A stretch of 58,629 nt of DNA from a virus (lineage: Duplodnaviria; Caudoviricetes), in IMG/VR virus record IMGVR_UViG_3300017652_000001, positions 1 to 58,629 of that record, one strand, 5' to 3'. Of this stretch, positions 17,388-25,945 are shown piece by piece; the stretch's first letter is position 1, and the number at the start of each line of letters is the position of its first letter. A model generated the notes under the pieces. It ran no database searches. It had not been told where the DNA came from and saw nothing but the letters and a program-made list of their open reading frames with translations. The translations under genes and the position numbers were made by a program.

Positions 17388-18022
17388 GCCAGAACACTTC
17401 CTCCGCCGTGATGCAACAGCGCAGCGAACCGCACGATAGCCTGGATGATTTCCCGACGCCGCCGTGGGCCACACGGGCGCTTTGCGAATGGCTTGCTCAC
17501 CAGCAGAGCCAGCCGCTTGATATGTTCCGTTGCCGGGAGCCGGCGGCGAACCGTGGGCACATGGTCTCTCCTCTTCGGGAATATTTCAAGACAGTCGAAG
17601 CGGCTGACGTTCATGATTATGGGGCTGGCTTCCCGGTCAAGGATTATCTCTTCGGCATCGACCCGCCGACGGTCGACTGGACAATAACAAACCCACCCTT
17701 CCGTCTTGCAGAGCAATTCATCGAGCGCGCTTTGGCGACGAGCATTCAGGGCGTTGCGATGATTGTGCGCTCTGCCTTCCTTGAGGGCGTCGGTAGGTAT
17801 GATCGTCTGTTTTCGCAGACCCCACCTTCGCACGTTCGCCAGTTCTCCGAGCGCGTCGTCATGCACAAAGGACGCCTTGCGCCGGAAGGATCGACGGCGA
17901 CTGCTTACTGCTGGCTTGTCTGGATGGGTGGTCATCACACCAATTTCAGTTGGTTCCCGCCGTGCCGGAAGAGGCTTGAGCGACCTGAAGACTATGCAGC
18001 CTATCGCGAGGTGGCAGCATGA
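17384..18022 (+). CDS. Amino-DNA methyltransferase (NPPF)
   Basis: DDFPTPPWAT, EPAANRGHM, TITNPPF. Confidence 0.85.
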   Translation: MSQNTSSAVMQQRSEPHDSLDDFPTPPWATRALCEWLAHQQSQPLDMFRCREPAANRGHMVSPLREYFKTVEAADVHDYGAGFPVKDYLFGIDPPTVDWTITNPPFRLAEQFIERALATSIQGVAMIVRSAFLEGVGRYDRLFSQTPPSHVRQFSERVVMHKGRLAPEGSTATAYCWLVWMGGHHTNFSWFPPCRKRLERPEDYAAYREVAA

Positions 18023-18276
18023 CCCCCTCCGAATCCCACACCCTCACCCCCTCAATGCGCTCCCGTATCCTCTATATGTGGGATAGCGGAACGGACACAT
18101 ACGATATCGCTGAAGCGCTAGGGCTTCCTCACGAAAGCATCGTCTACAACGCCATCTATTACCACAAGCATAAATTGGCGAAGGCAGAAGAGGCCAGGGA
18201 GAAGCAGCGCAGATATGCCCGTGAATATCAGCGCCGCCAGCGCGAGGAACTACGCAAGGCGAGGGCTGAGCGATGA
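18019..18276 (+). CDS. Small HTH protein
   Basis: GTDTYDIAEALGL..ESIVYN. Confidence 0.65.
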   Translation: MTPSESHTLTPSMRSRILYMWDSGTDTYDIAEALGLPHESIVYNAIYYHKHKLAKAEEAREKQRRYAREYQRRQREELRKARAER

Positions 18277-18647
18277 CCGAAATCCTGTCCCGCCAGCAGT
18301 ACCACGAAGCCATCGCCAAGCCGAAGCGCGGGAACAAGTACAAATCCGTCCGCACGCTATTCGACGGGCAATGGTTCGATAGCAAGCGCGAGGCGGAAGT
18401 CTACGGCGAACTGAAGCTCCTTGAGCGAGCCGGCCGGATCTCCGGTTTCGAGCGCCAGCGCAAATTCAACCTGATCGTCAACGGCGAGATCATCGGAAGC
18501 TACCGCGCCGACTTTGCCTTCATAGACCACGACAAGGACAGCCGATTCCGAGTGGTCGATGTGAAAGGCGTGATCACTCGAGACTTCCGGCGCGTCCAGA
18601 AGATCATCAAGGCTATTTATGGCATCAACGTTGAGGTGTGGAGATGA
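18273..18647 (+). CDS. DUF1064 PD-(D/E)XK endonuclease
   Basis: NKYK...DG..FDSKREA...YRADF...VVDVKG. Confidence 0.85.
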   Translation: MTEILSRQQYHEAIAKPKRGNKYKSVRTLFDGQWFDSKREAEVYGELKLLERAGRISGFERQRKFNLIVNGEIIGSYRADFAFIDHDKDSRFRVVDVKGVITRDFRRVQKIIKAIYGINVEVWR

Positions 18648-19267
18648 TGGAAGATGACGACGCCAAGCCAATTTTTGATGCGGCATTCTCCGCGATACGC
18701 GACATAGCTGACGAGTTCGTCGGTGGTCTAAATAGCTTCAAGCGACTGAACGATTTCTTCAAAAATGAGACTTCGCATCTGCCGCCATTTGTGATCGCCC
18801 GAATCGGTTCAGCCGTCGAAGACTTCCACAAAATTTGTGAGAGCCACATCGAGATTGTCGCATTGGTTAAGATGATGGCGCTCAATGTCTCGGACGCTGG
18901 GCAGATGCCATCCTACCCATTCGCCACGTCTAAGCGCGAAAAGACAGATTTCGTAACCATCACACCTCAGGTCGAGATCGGTCCATATCGGGCTGATTTC
19001 GTAGTTGATACTCCGAGCGGGCAGGCCTTCTTGGTCGAGTGCGATGGTCGTGACTTCCACACGCTGGAGGTCGACGCCCAACGTGACGAGGACATTGAGC
19101 GTCGGTTTGGGATGAAGACTTATCGCCTAACGGGCCGAGAAATTTGGAACTCAGATGAGTGGCTTCCGATGTTTGGCAGGTGGTGCCGCGGTAAATTTTT
19201 CGACCGAAGCAAAGATCTATGGATGCAGGAATGGGAGCATAGGACCAGGAGGGATTGGGGCAAATGA
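18644..19267 (+). CDS. DUF559/Vsr-like endonuclease domain protein
   Basis: PQVEIGPYRADF...VECDGRDFH...D..RD...RLTGREI. Confidence 0.75.
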   Translation: MMEDDDAKPIFDAAFSAIRDIADEFVGGLNSFKRLNDFFKNETSHLPPFVIARIGSAVEDFHKICESHIEIVALVKMMALNVSDAGQMPSYPFATSKREKTDFVTITPQVEIGPYRADFVVDTPSGQAFLVECDGRDFHTLEVDAQRDEDIERRFGMKTYRLTGREIWNSDEWLPMFGRWCRGKFFDRSKDLWMQEWEHRTRRDWGK

Positions 19268-20091
19268 GCCGCATCCGCTCTATCCACCCTGGCATCTGGA
19301 CAGACGAGGCTTTCATGTCTTTGTCGGCTTATGCCCGCCTCCTTCTCATGGGAATTTGGACAGAAGCATTCGATGACGGGGTTTTCGAGTGGAAGCCACT
19401 GACACTGAAAGCCCGCATCTTTCCCGTCGATACCGTCGATGTGAACGAATTGCTTCTGGAACTTGTCGAGTTCGGCCTAATCGCCCGCCTTGACGCACAT
19501 CCAAAGCGCCCGGGTGCAATCCGCAATTTCCAGCGTTACCAGCGTCCTAAGAAGCCAAATAGTTCTGGGATGCTGCCTGAAGAATGGCTCGATTTTGTAG
19601 GGGCAAAGGCGACCCCTGAGACTTCTGATGACGACAGTCCCGGACCAGTTCGGAACCAGTACGGAACTGATGTGGAAAATTCGCGGCAGATGGAGGATGG
19701 AGGATGGAGGATGATATCCTCAGTTCCTTCGGATCAAATTGAAAAAGAAACACGCGAGCGCGACGAATTTTCGAATTGGTTTTCCTCCTGGCCATCAGCG
19801 GCGAGCGATGACGACGACGATGCTTTCGCAGCATGGCGTGAGTTGAGCGATGCCGACCGTTCCGAAGCCGTTTCTAAGTCGGCGGCATACGTCGAGGCAG
19901 CGAAGGGCGGCGGTCGCACAGCAATCTGCTCCGCAGCCAAGTACCTCCGCAAACGCATGTGGACCCGGCTCGCGAAGCTGAAGCCTCCCGACAAGCCACC
20001 TCCCAAGCCGATCAGCCATCTCAGCAAATTCCAAACCCGAGAAGAATACATCGCTGCCGAAAAGGCGCGTTCCGAAAGGAGCTTCAGATGA
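19264..20091 (+). CDS. Replication initiator protein
   Basis: RIRSIHPGIWTDEAF..LS..ARLL..GIWTEA.D.G N-terminus; internal repeats. Confidence 0.75.
   Translation: MSRIRSIHPGIWTDEAFMSLSAYARLLLMGIWTEAFDDGVFEWKPLTLKARIFPVDTVDVNELLLELVEFGLIARLDAHPKRPGAIRNFQRYQRPKKPNSSGMLPEEWLDFVGAKATPETSDDDSPGPVRNQYGTDVENSRQMEDGGWRMISSVPSDQIEKETRERDEFSNWFSSWPSAASDDDDDAFAAWRELSDADRSEAVSKSAAYVEAAKGGGRTAICSAAKYLRKRMWTRLAKLKPPDKPPPKPISHLSKFQTREEYIAAEKARSERSFR
19641..19713 (+). repeat. Iteron-like repeats, candidate origin
   Basis: CGGACCAGTT/CGGAACCAGTA/CGGAACTGATG/TGGAAAAT followed by (GATGGAG)x3. Confidence 0.5.
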
Positions 20092-20711
20092 TCGCAGTTC
20101 GAGAGTTCACCAGCGGAGCCGAATGCATCGCCCATGCCCAGGCGGTACGAGAGCGCATCCTGAAAGCCAAGTTCCGTCAGAAAACTTCACCTGATGTCAC
20201 GACGGCAGTCACATTTCCGAAGCCGATCAAGGCGGCGCAGATTCCGCTTTGGCGCCAGTTTGAATTTGATTTCGACGCCCATGTCATCGCCTACCGAATC
20301 TACCTCAACATGATGGAACGGTTCGCGATAAACCCAAGCGATTTCGTCTTTGAGCCGCCCAAAAAGCCGGTGACTGAAATCATCGATGAAGTTCTTGCGA
20401 GGTATCCCGGATACACGCTTGAGGATCTTCGGGGATCGCGCCGGGGACGTGATGTCGTAGCACCTCGTCAGCTCGCAATGTACGAAGTCTACACCCAGCG
20501 GAAAGACCTGTCATTGCCGTGGATCGGGCGCTTCTTCGGAGGCCGGGATCACACGACGGTCTTGAACGCCGTTCGCCGGGTGAAAGCGCAACGCGGCGAG
20601 TTCGATCCTCAATATCTCAGGAAAAGAAACGCCGCGGCAGAGCGATACCGCCAGAAGGCAAAGGCGCTCAAGGCCGCTGCGGCATCCGAACCCATGGAGG
20701 CAATACGATGA
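20088..20711 (+). CDS. DnaA C-terminal HTH domain protein
   Basis: R..DVVAPRQLAMY...SLPWIGRFFGGRDHTTVLNAVR. Confidence 0.85.
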   Translation: MIAVREFTSGAECIAHAQAVRERILKAKFRQKTSPDVTTAVTFPKPIKAAQIPLWRQFEFDFDAHVIAYRIYLNMMERFAINPSDFVFEPPKKPVTEIIDEVLARYPGYTLEDLRGSRRGRDVVAPRQLAMYEVYTQRKDLSLPWIGRFFGGRDHTTVLNAVRRVKAQRGEFDPQYLRKRNAAAERYRQKAKALKAAAASEPMEAIR

Positions 20712-20926
20712 GCGAGAAAGAAAATACCCCAGCGCCCGTGCAGCATGTGGTGGGGGCCTGCGAAATATTCGACTGGCTCGAAACGGAGGTTTCGGCGATC
20801 GATACTTTGTATCGAGGCTCACCCACTTATGAGCACGATGCGGGCTGGATGAAAGATGAGGTAATGAGACTTCTTGTCCATGGGCGGAAGGCTTTTGACG
20901 CATCCTCTGCGGAGGATGGCAAGTGA
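20708..20926 (+). CDS. Hypothetical protein
   Basis: GGAGG RBS; coupled to neighbours. Confidence 0.65.
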   Translation: MSEKENTPAPVQHVVGACEIFDWLETEVSAIDTLYRGSPTYEHDAGWMKDEVMRLLVHGRKAFDASSAEDGK

Positions 20927-21549
20927 TCGCAGCGCTCTTCGTTGAAACAGACGGATGCTATTTCGACCAGGACGGCGTTGACCCGTGGGACTTGCCGCGG
21001 GATGCTCGCCAGTATTCCGGCCCCCATCCTGTCGTCGCGCACCCCCCCTGCCAGCGCTGGGGCAGGTTCGCGACGGGATCGACCCGGAAGCCTGCTCAGT
21101 ATCGCATTGGCGAGGATGGGGGCTGCTTCGCCGCGGCACTGACGGCCGTTCGGAATTACGGCGGCGTGCTGGAGCATCCGAAAGACAGCCTCGCTTGGGA
21201 CTACTTCGGCATCATGCGACCCGGCGCCGCCGGATGGACCCGAGCCGACAGCTTCGGCGGATGGACCTGCCAGGTGGAACAAGGGCACTACGGTCACTTT
21301 TCCCGCAAGCCCACCTGGCTCTACGCGGTCGGCATCGAGCCTCCGAGCCTCATATGGGGCAAATCAGAACAGCGCCTGCCGGCATACGCGATCGAGCGCT
21401 ACGGCTACGAGAAAGCGCGCCGGATCGGCGTGATGGCTGCCGTGGGCGGCAAGGACAAGACCAAAATTCGCAACGCTACGCCGCCGCAGTTTCGCGACCT
21501 GCTGCTGTCGATCGCGCGCACGGCCTATCAGCGGAGGAAGGCAGCATGA
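20923..21549 (+). CDS. Minimal C5-cytosine methyltransferase-like protein
   Basis: AHPPCQ (motif IV-like), VLEHP (ENV-like), Q.HYGH..RKPTWL. Confidence 0.6.
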   Translation: MIAALFVETDGCYFDQDGVDPWDLPRDARQYSGPHPVVAHPPCQRWGRFATGSTRKPAQYRIGEDGGCFAAALTAVRNYGGVLEHPKDSLAWDYFGIMRPGAAGWTRADSFGGWTCQVEQGHYGHFSRKPTWLYAVGIEPPSLIWGKSEQRLPAYAIERYGYEKARRIGVMAAVGGKDKTKIRNATPPQFRDLLLSIARTAYQRRKAA

Positions 21550-21574
21550 CCAGGAACGCCACCGTCGCTTCCCG

Positions 21575-21745
21575 TCAGCGGAAGTATTCCCTCTTGGTGA
21601 TGATGTGGAACTGGGGGTGCCCAGCATCATCGGTTTCTCGCTGGACCATTACATCAATCGTGTGTTCAGGAAAGTTGCTCTGCTCGTGGGCAAGGCGGCT
21701 CTCGTATGCGTGGCGAAGCTCGGCTCCGGTCAATCGTCTTCTCAT
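21575..21745 (-). CDS. 56-aa antisense-oriented protein (not in the ORF track)
   Basis: AGGAG RBS 21755-21759, TATAAT 21779-21784; MRRRLTGAELRHAYE... Confidence 0.6.
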   Translation of the reverse strand: MRRRLTGAELRHAYESRLAHEQSNFPEHTIDVMVQRETDDAGHPQFHIITKREYFR

Positions 21746-21877
21746 GTCGAAGAACTCCTATGGGGTGAGTGAGACTAAATTATACGCCTCCGCCGGACCG
21801 CTTTCCACGGGGGTACGCACCCCCGCGCCTGCATCGAGGGCGCTGGGAACTCACACTCCAGACGAAGAGGCAGGGCG

Positions 21878-22099
21878 ATGAGCGATCTCACACATTTTCA
21901 CGGCCTGACGAAGGAAGAATGGTGCCGGCGGCTTGACGAGTACCACGAGCGGCTTCTGGCGACGATCGAAGGTTTCGAAGGGTATGGCCCCGGCTCTGTC
22001 ATTGCGAATACCGGTTGGGACGCATGGTCCGGCTATTTCTCCGATGGCTACAGCCCGACCGAAGCGCTCGATGAAGATCGGACGTATTGGGAAGAGTGA
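21878..22099 (+). CDS. Hypothetical protein
   Basis: Acidic ORF ending DGYSPTEALDEDRTYW. Confidence 0.65.
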   Translation: MSDLTHFHGLTKEEWCRRLDEYHERLLATIEGFEGYGPGSVIANTGWDAWSGYFSDGYSPTEALDEDRTYWEE

Positions 22100-22142
22100 A
22101 TTTCGATAGTCGCGGCGGCGGCTCTTATACGAGGGAATGAGA

Positions 22143-22691
22143 ATGACCAAGGCACACGAGGCGGCGACGAAATTCCACTGGTACGCTCTTCGCGTTCCGC
22201 CGCAGAAGGAATTCGCGGCACAGATGATCCTGAGGAAGAAGGGGCTTGCGACCTTCCTGCCGGTGCATCGCTCATGGCGCAGACGAAACAAGTACACGAA
22301 AATCAAGGAGCTTCGACAATTCCCGCTCATGCCTCGATACGTGTTCACCGGCTTTCCGAAACGGATCCCGATCTGGTTCGATGTCTTTGCTCTTCCGCTT
22401 ATCACTGGTGTCGTTGGCGTGAACGGCACCCCTCGTCTGCTGGATGAAGCGGCCATGGAAAGGATCATGGGAGCATACGAAAACGCGATCGACGCACCGA
22501 AGGAGCAGAAGTGGATGCCGACCCACAATGAGTTCGCCGTAGGCGATACCGCCCAGGTGATGGGAGGTCCCTTTGACGGCCTCAAGGTTCCGGTGGTCGA
22601 GATCAACGGCGCTTATGCAAAAGTGTTGATTTCTCTATTCAACGCCAAAACAGCAATGAATATCCCGCTTGAACAGCTGTATGCGGCGTGA
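22143..22691 (+). CDS. NusG-paralogue late antiterminator
   Basis: WYALRVPPQKE, PLMPRYVF and KOW motif FAVGDTAQVMGGPFDG; at the Q position. Confidence 0.9.
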   Translation: MTKAHEAATKFHWYALRVPPQKEFAAQMILRKKGLATFLPVHRSWRRRNKYTKIKELRQFPLMPRYVFTGFPKRIPIWFDVFALPLITGVVGVNGTPRLLDEAAMERIMGAYENAIDAPKEQKWMPTHNEFAVGDTAQVMGGPFDGLKVPVVEINGAYAKVLISLFNAKTAMNIPLEQLYAA

Positions 22692-22827
22692 TATCTATTG
22701 CGGCAGGGCGACTTCGGCTGATTTGTCACGGCGGCAGACGACGGAATCCAGAGAAACCAGACGCGTTTCTTCCACTTGGAAAGCCGTGCCTGTTTTTCAA
22801 AGCCCAACAAGCCGCATAGGCAGAGAT

Positions 22828-23124
22828 CGGGAAGGCGGCGCATGAACGTGATGCGCAGAAGCTTTGGCTAAGCTGGATAAGGCCTACGGGTTCCAGAGTC
22901 GTTGAGCGACGGCCGGTTTAGCGCCCGGCCCTTCCCGCACATATCGGTAGGTGTCCCTGGCATGGTGGGCGCCGGAACGTCATGCGGAGCTGGTTACGCC
23001 AGCAGATGCCGGTAACGGTCCTGCCGAACCCCATTCAACGGCAAGCCAAGGCTTGTTCGTTCTCAAGACCCGAAAGGGCAGGAGGGTTGATCGCCTCCTT
23101 TATCCGTAAGCCTGTAGGCTTCGT
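22828..23124 (+). ncRNA. Array of multibranched, tRNA-sized structured RNA domains in the late leader
   Basis: Closing stems CGGGAAGG/CCTTCCCG and TCGGTAGG/CCTGCCGA plus a third domain with CCC-GAAA-GGG. Confidence 0.5.
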
Positions 23125-23142
23125 CAAACTATCATCAAACTC

Positions 23143-23170
23143 AGCCCCGTCAGCACTGACGGGGCTTTAT
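23143..23170 (+). terminator. Terminator-like hairpin before the late genes
   Basis: AGCCCCGTCA-GCAC-TGACGGGGCT followed by TTAT. Confidence 0.7.
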
Positions 23171-23187
23171 CGATTCAGGAGAGAGCG

Positions 23188-23469
23188 ATGATCTGGATGA
23201 TGTTGCCTTTCGCCATGATCGGCGTTGGCGTTGTTGTCTTCGTTAGCTGTCTCCTTATCGGAGAGGTTATCAGGGCGCTTCGCCAATCCAAACGAATCGC
23301 GGCAATCGCAATCCGTCACGCAAGTGGCGAACGGCGAAGGATCACGTGCAGGGAATGGCTGTTCTCGTTCCGCAGGGAGCTTTTCAGCAGCTATACCAGT
23401 TTGCGCGTCGGTTTTATTGATGTCCCGCGCAATCCAAGCTGCCCATTCCGTGCGCGTCTTCCATTCTGA
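23188..23469 (+). CDS. Membrane protein
   Basis: AGGAG RBS; N-terminal TM helix. Confidence 0.65.
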   Translation: MIWMMLPFAMIGVGVVVFVSCLLIGEVIRALRQSKRIAAIAIRHASGERRRITCREWLFSFRRELFSSYTSLRVGFIDVPRNPSCPFRARLPF

Positions 23470-23490
23470 CCGCCGAACCAGAGGCAGATC

Positions 23491-23688
23491 ATGAGCTACC
23501 AGATCCCCTACGAAGCTGAGTTCGAATGCCCTAAAGGGCACCGGTTCAAAGCAGACGCCGTGCCGGGCCGTATGGATGCAGAGGCACGGTGCCGCGAATG
23601 CTGGAACGACTGGATCCGGCTCAATGTGCCAAACGGCAAGCAAACCACCGAGGCGAAGGCTGTCCCGCAGGGTGTCGCTCTGCTATAA
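23491..23688 (+). CDS. Small Zn-ribbon protein
   Basis: CPKGH...CREC. Confidence 0.65.
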   Translation: MSYQIPYEAEFECPKGHRFKADAVPGRMDAEARCRECWNDWIRLNVPNGKQTTEAKAVPQGVALL

Positions 23689-23710
23689 CCACCGCCCACC
23701 GTAAGGAAGG

Positions 23711-24031
23711 CTAGAGGCCTGCTGCTTTACGCAGATCATCGTTCATCCGGCTCTGCCAGCCTTTCCCGGTGGCTTTGTAGTGATCGATGACATCGGGATC
23801 GAGACGAAGAGACACATGCCGGCGCGGATTATCGACCGGCGGCCGGCCGCGCTTCGCCTTCTCCCGGTCGATGCTGGCGGCGAGATCGGGGAACACTTCG
23901 CGGAACGGCCTAGCCTGGGCCAATTCCTCGTCGGTTGCTTCCGGGTTATCCGGGTCGGATGCGATAGCCTTTTGAATTTCGGCCTCTTCCTCTTTGGTGA
24001 GGGGCCGTTTCGATGAAAACTTAGTAGCCAT
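23711..24031 (-). CDS. brnA: BrnA antitoxin
   Basis: RGRPP...VSLRLDPDVIDHYKATGKGWQSRMNDDLR. Confidence 0.92.
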   Translation of the reverse strand: MATKFSSKRPLTKEEEAEIQKAIASDPDNPEATDEELAQARPFREVFPDLAASIDREKAKRGRPPVDNPRRHVSLRLDPDVIDHYKATGKGWQSRMNDDLRKAAGL

Positions 24032-24278
24032 GGACTTTCCTTTCCTTGCTGCTCGCCGGCCGCATTGAAATGACGGAGATGGCTTCTGAGCCAAGCGGCT
24101 TAAAGATCACGGCAACGATGAGCATGCCCCTGAATTCGCCGATGGCCTTGGACCGGCCATCCCTGGAAGGGATGATGGTCGAGGCTTCGAAGAAGTCCAT
24201 ATCGAGATCGGCGAAATCCAAGCCGAAGTGCTTCTCGATATTGGTCAGGCGCTTGGTTTCGTCATAGGTGATCTTCAT
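24021..24278 (-). CDS. brnT: BrnT toxin
   Basis: ITYDETKRLTNIEKH.GLDF...R.KAIG...VISMRPASSKER. Confidence 0.92.
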   Translation of the reverse strand: MKITYDETKRLTNIEKHFGLDFADLDMDFFEASTIIPSRDGRSKAIGEFRGMLIVAVIFKPLGSEAISVISMRPASSKERKVHGY

Positions 24279-24284
24279 GGAAAT

Positions 24285-24348
24285 TGTGTAGCACATTTAA
24301 TGGGTGCAGCCAAGAATAAAAGTGCTACAGAAATATTTTTTGTACCAC
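24285..24348. promoter_or_regulatory. brnTA promoter/operator repeats
   Basis: TGTAGCAC 24287-24294, GTGCTACA 24322-24329, TGTACCAC 24341-24348. Confidence 0.55.
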
Positions 24349-24444
24349 GAAAATTCCGAAATGGTTCGGATAGGCGGCTGCGGCCGTCGCTTTCAGCCCC
24401 GCACCTGCGGCTTCTTCAACCTGAAACCTTGAAAGGAACTGACC

Positions 24445-25023
24445 ATGCCTGGTCTTTACACTTCTGGCGTGCCGCAGCTTGGTATCATCACCGGCGCGGA
24501 AAAGCTTGCTCTCGATACCGGTCTTGCTGCGGGCGCAGCGTCCCCGCAGGCGATCGCCATGACCGTTGCCCAGCTTGCCGCGTCTGTCGCCTATTACGGC
24601 AATACGCTCAGCAAGACGCCTGTCTCCGGTACGCGTTACTATATCGCGGTCGATATCGACACGCCGACCACGATCACCGGCGTTGCCGCTCTTGTCGGCG
24701 CGACGGGTGGAACTGACAAGTTCATTTTCGAACTGCATGACGCCGCCGGCACGCTGGTTGCGACGAGCGACACGTCCGGCGTCACTGTCGGGACGGCTTC
24801 GACCTGGCAGCGCATCCCCTTCACGTCGCCATACGTTGCGCAGAAGGGGCGCTACTACATCGCCGTTCAGCTCAACGGCACCACTGCGCGCCTTGCGGTC
24901 TATAACGCCCCGACGTTCCCGCTTCCGACTGGCTCTGCGACTGGCACGTTCGGCACGGGGGCAGCAATCACCCCGCCGACGACCTACACCCAGGGTGTCG
25001 GACCCGTCGCGGTCCTGTACTGA
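24445..25023 (+). CDS. Probable head decoration/virion protein
   Basis: T/G/A-rich beta protein, strong RBS, at the Dec position upstream of terS. Confidence 0.55.
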   Translation: MPGLYTSGVPQLGIITGAEKLALDTGLAAGAASPQAIAMTVAQLAASVAYYGNTLSKTPVSGTRYYIAVDIDTPTTITGVAALVGATGGTDKFIFELHDAAGTLVATSDTSGVTVGTASTWQRIPFTSPYVAQKGRYYIAVQLNGTTARLAVYNAPTFPLPTGSATGTFGTGAAITPPTTYTQGVGPVAVLY

Positions 25024-25086
25024 CCACAGCAATAGGCGCGCATCTTTTATGATGCGCGTCCTCTCTTCATCTGGAAAGGGTCTGTC

Positions 25087-25404
25087 ATGTCCGTATTGAT
25101 CTACACGATCCAGCCAGGGTACCGGCTCGTTACCGGCGGCGATCTCAACCAGATGATCGAGGCCATCAATGCGGCCTTCGCAGAATCCATAAATGTCGAC
25201 ACGATCGGTCAGCCAAATGGCGTCGCGACATTGGATGCGAACGGCGTTCTGACGGCAGAGCAAGTGCCGGAGCCGACCGTTGTCACCCGCGGCGGCGTCC
25301 TTCAGCAGCCGGCTATCCCAGATTTAACGGGAGATCCGTTGGAAGCCGACTTCAATGGTTTGCTAGCCGCGCTAAGGGCGGCTGGCGTGTTGGCCTCATC
25401 ATAA
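25087..25404 (+). CDS. Head-fibre-like protein
   Basis: [13 protein letters not shown] and [27 protein letters not shown] motifs. Confidence 0.65.
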   Translation: MSVLIYTIQPGYRLVTGGDLNQMIEAINAAFAESINVDTIGQPNGVATLDANGVLTAEQVPEPTVVTRGGVLQQPAIPDLTGDPLEADFNGLLAALRAAGVLASS

Positions 25405-25414
25405 AGGGAAGCCC

Positions 25415-25945
25415 ATGGCGGCTCCAAAAGGCAACAGGTTTTGGGAGGTACGCAGTTCCCACGGCCGAAAACCAATATTCCCTACCGCAGATGATTTGTG
25501 GAATGCGGCCAGCGAGTATTTCGCATGGGTGGAAGACAACCCTCTATGGGAAGACAGAGTCACCTCCTTCCAAGGAGTAAACACCCACGAGCCGATCGCA
25601 AAAATGCGTGCGATGACAATCGGCGGTCTTTGCATCTTCCTCGATATCGCCCGCCAGTCTTGGGAAGAGTACAAAAAACGGGAAGGCTTTTTGGAAGTCA
25701 CACGCGCGATAGAAGAAATTATCCGAGATCAAAAGTTTTCCGGCGCGGCTGCTGATCTTCTGAATGCAAACATTATAGCCCGTGATCTCGGCCTCGCTGA
25801 CAAGTCGGAGTTGACCGGCAAAGACGGCGGCTCGATCAAGACAGAAACAACAACGAAGCTGGATCTGAGCGAACTCACGGATGAACAGCTCGAAGCTTAT
25901 CGAATTATCGCTGCCGCCACTGCTGGAGATCGAAAGGGAGATTGA
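25415..25945 (+). CDS. terS: Terminase small subunit (P22 gp3-like)
   Basis: [18 protein letters not shown]...[22 protein letters not shown] closely resembles P22 gp3. Confidence 0.93.
   Translation: MAAPKGNRFWEVRSSHGRKPIFPTADDLWNAASEYFAWVEDNPLWEDRVTSFQGVNTHEPIAKMRAMTIGGLCIFLDIARQSWEEYKKREGFLEVTRAIEEIIRDQKFSGAAADLLNANIIARDLGLADKSELTGKDGGSIKTETTTKLDLSELTDEQLEAYRIIAAATAGDRKGD

Noticed and set aside
22828-23027. Canonical tRNA genes
   Set aside because: No TTCRA T-loop, standard D-arm or 7-nt anticodon loop; kept only as a structured-RNA candidate
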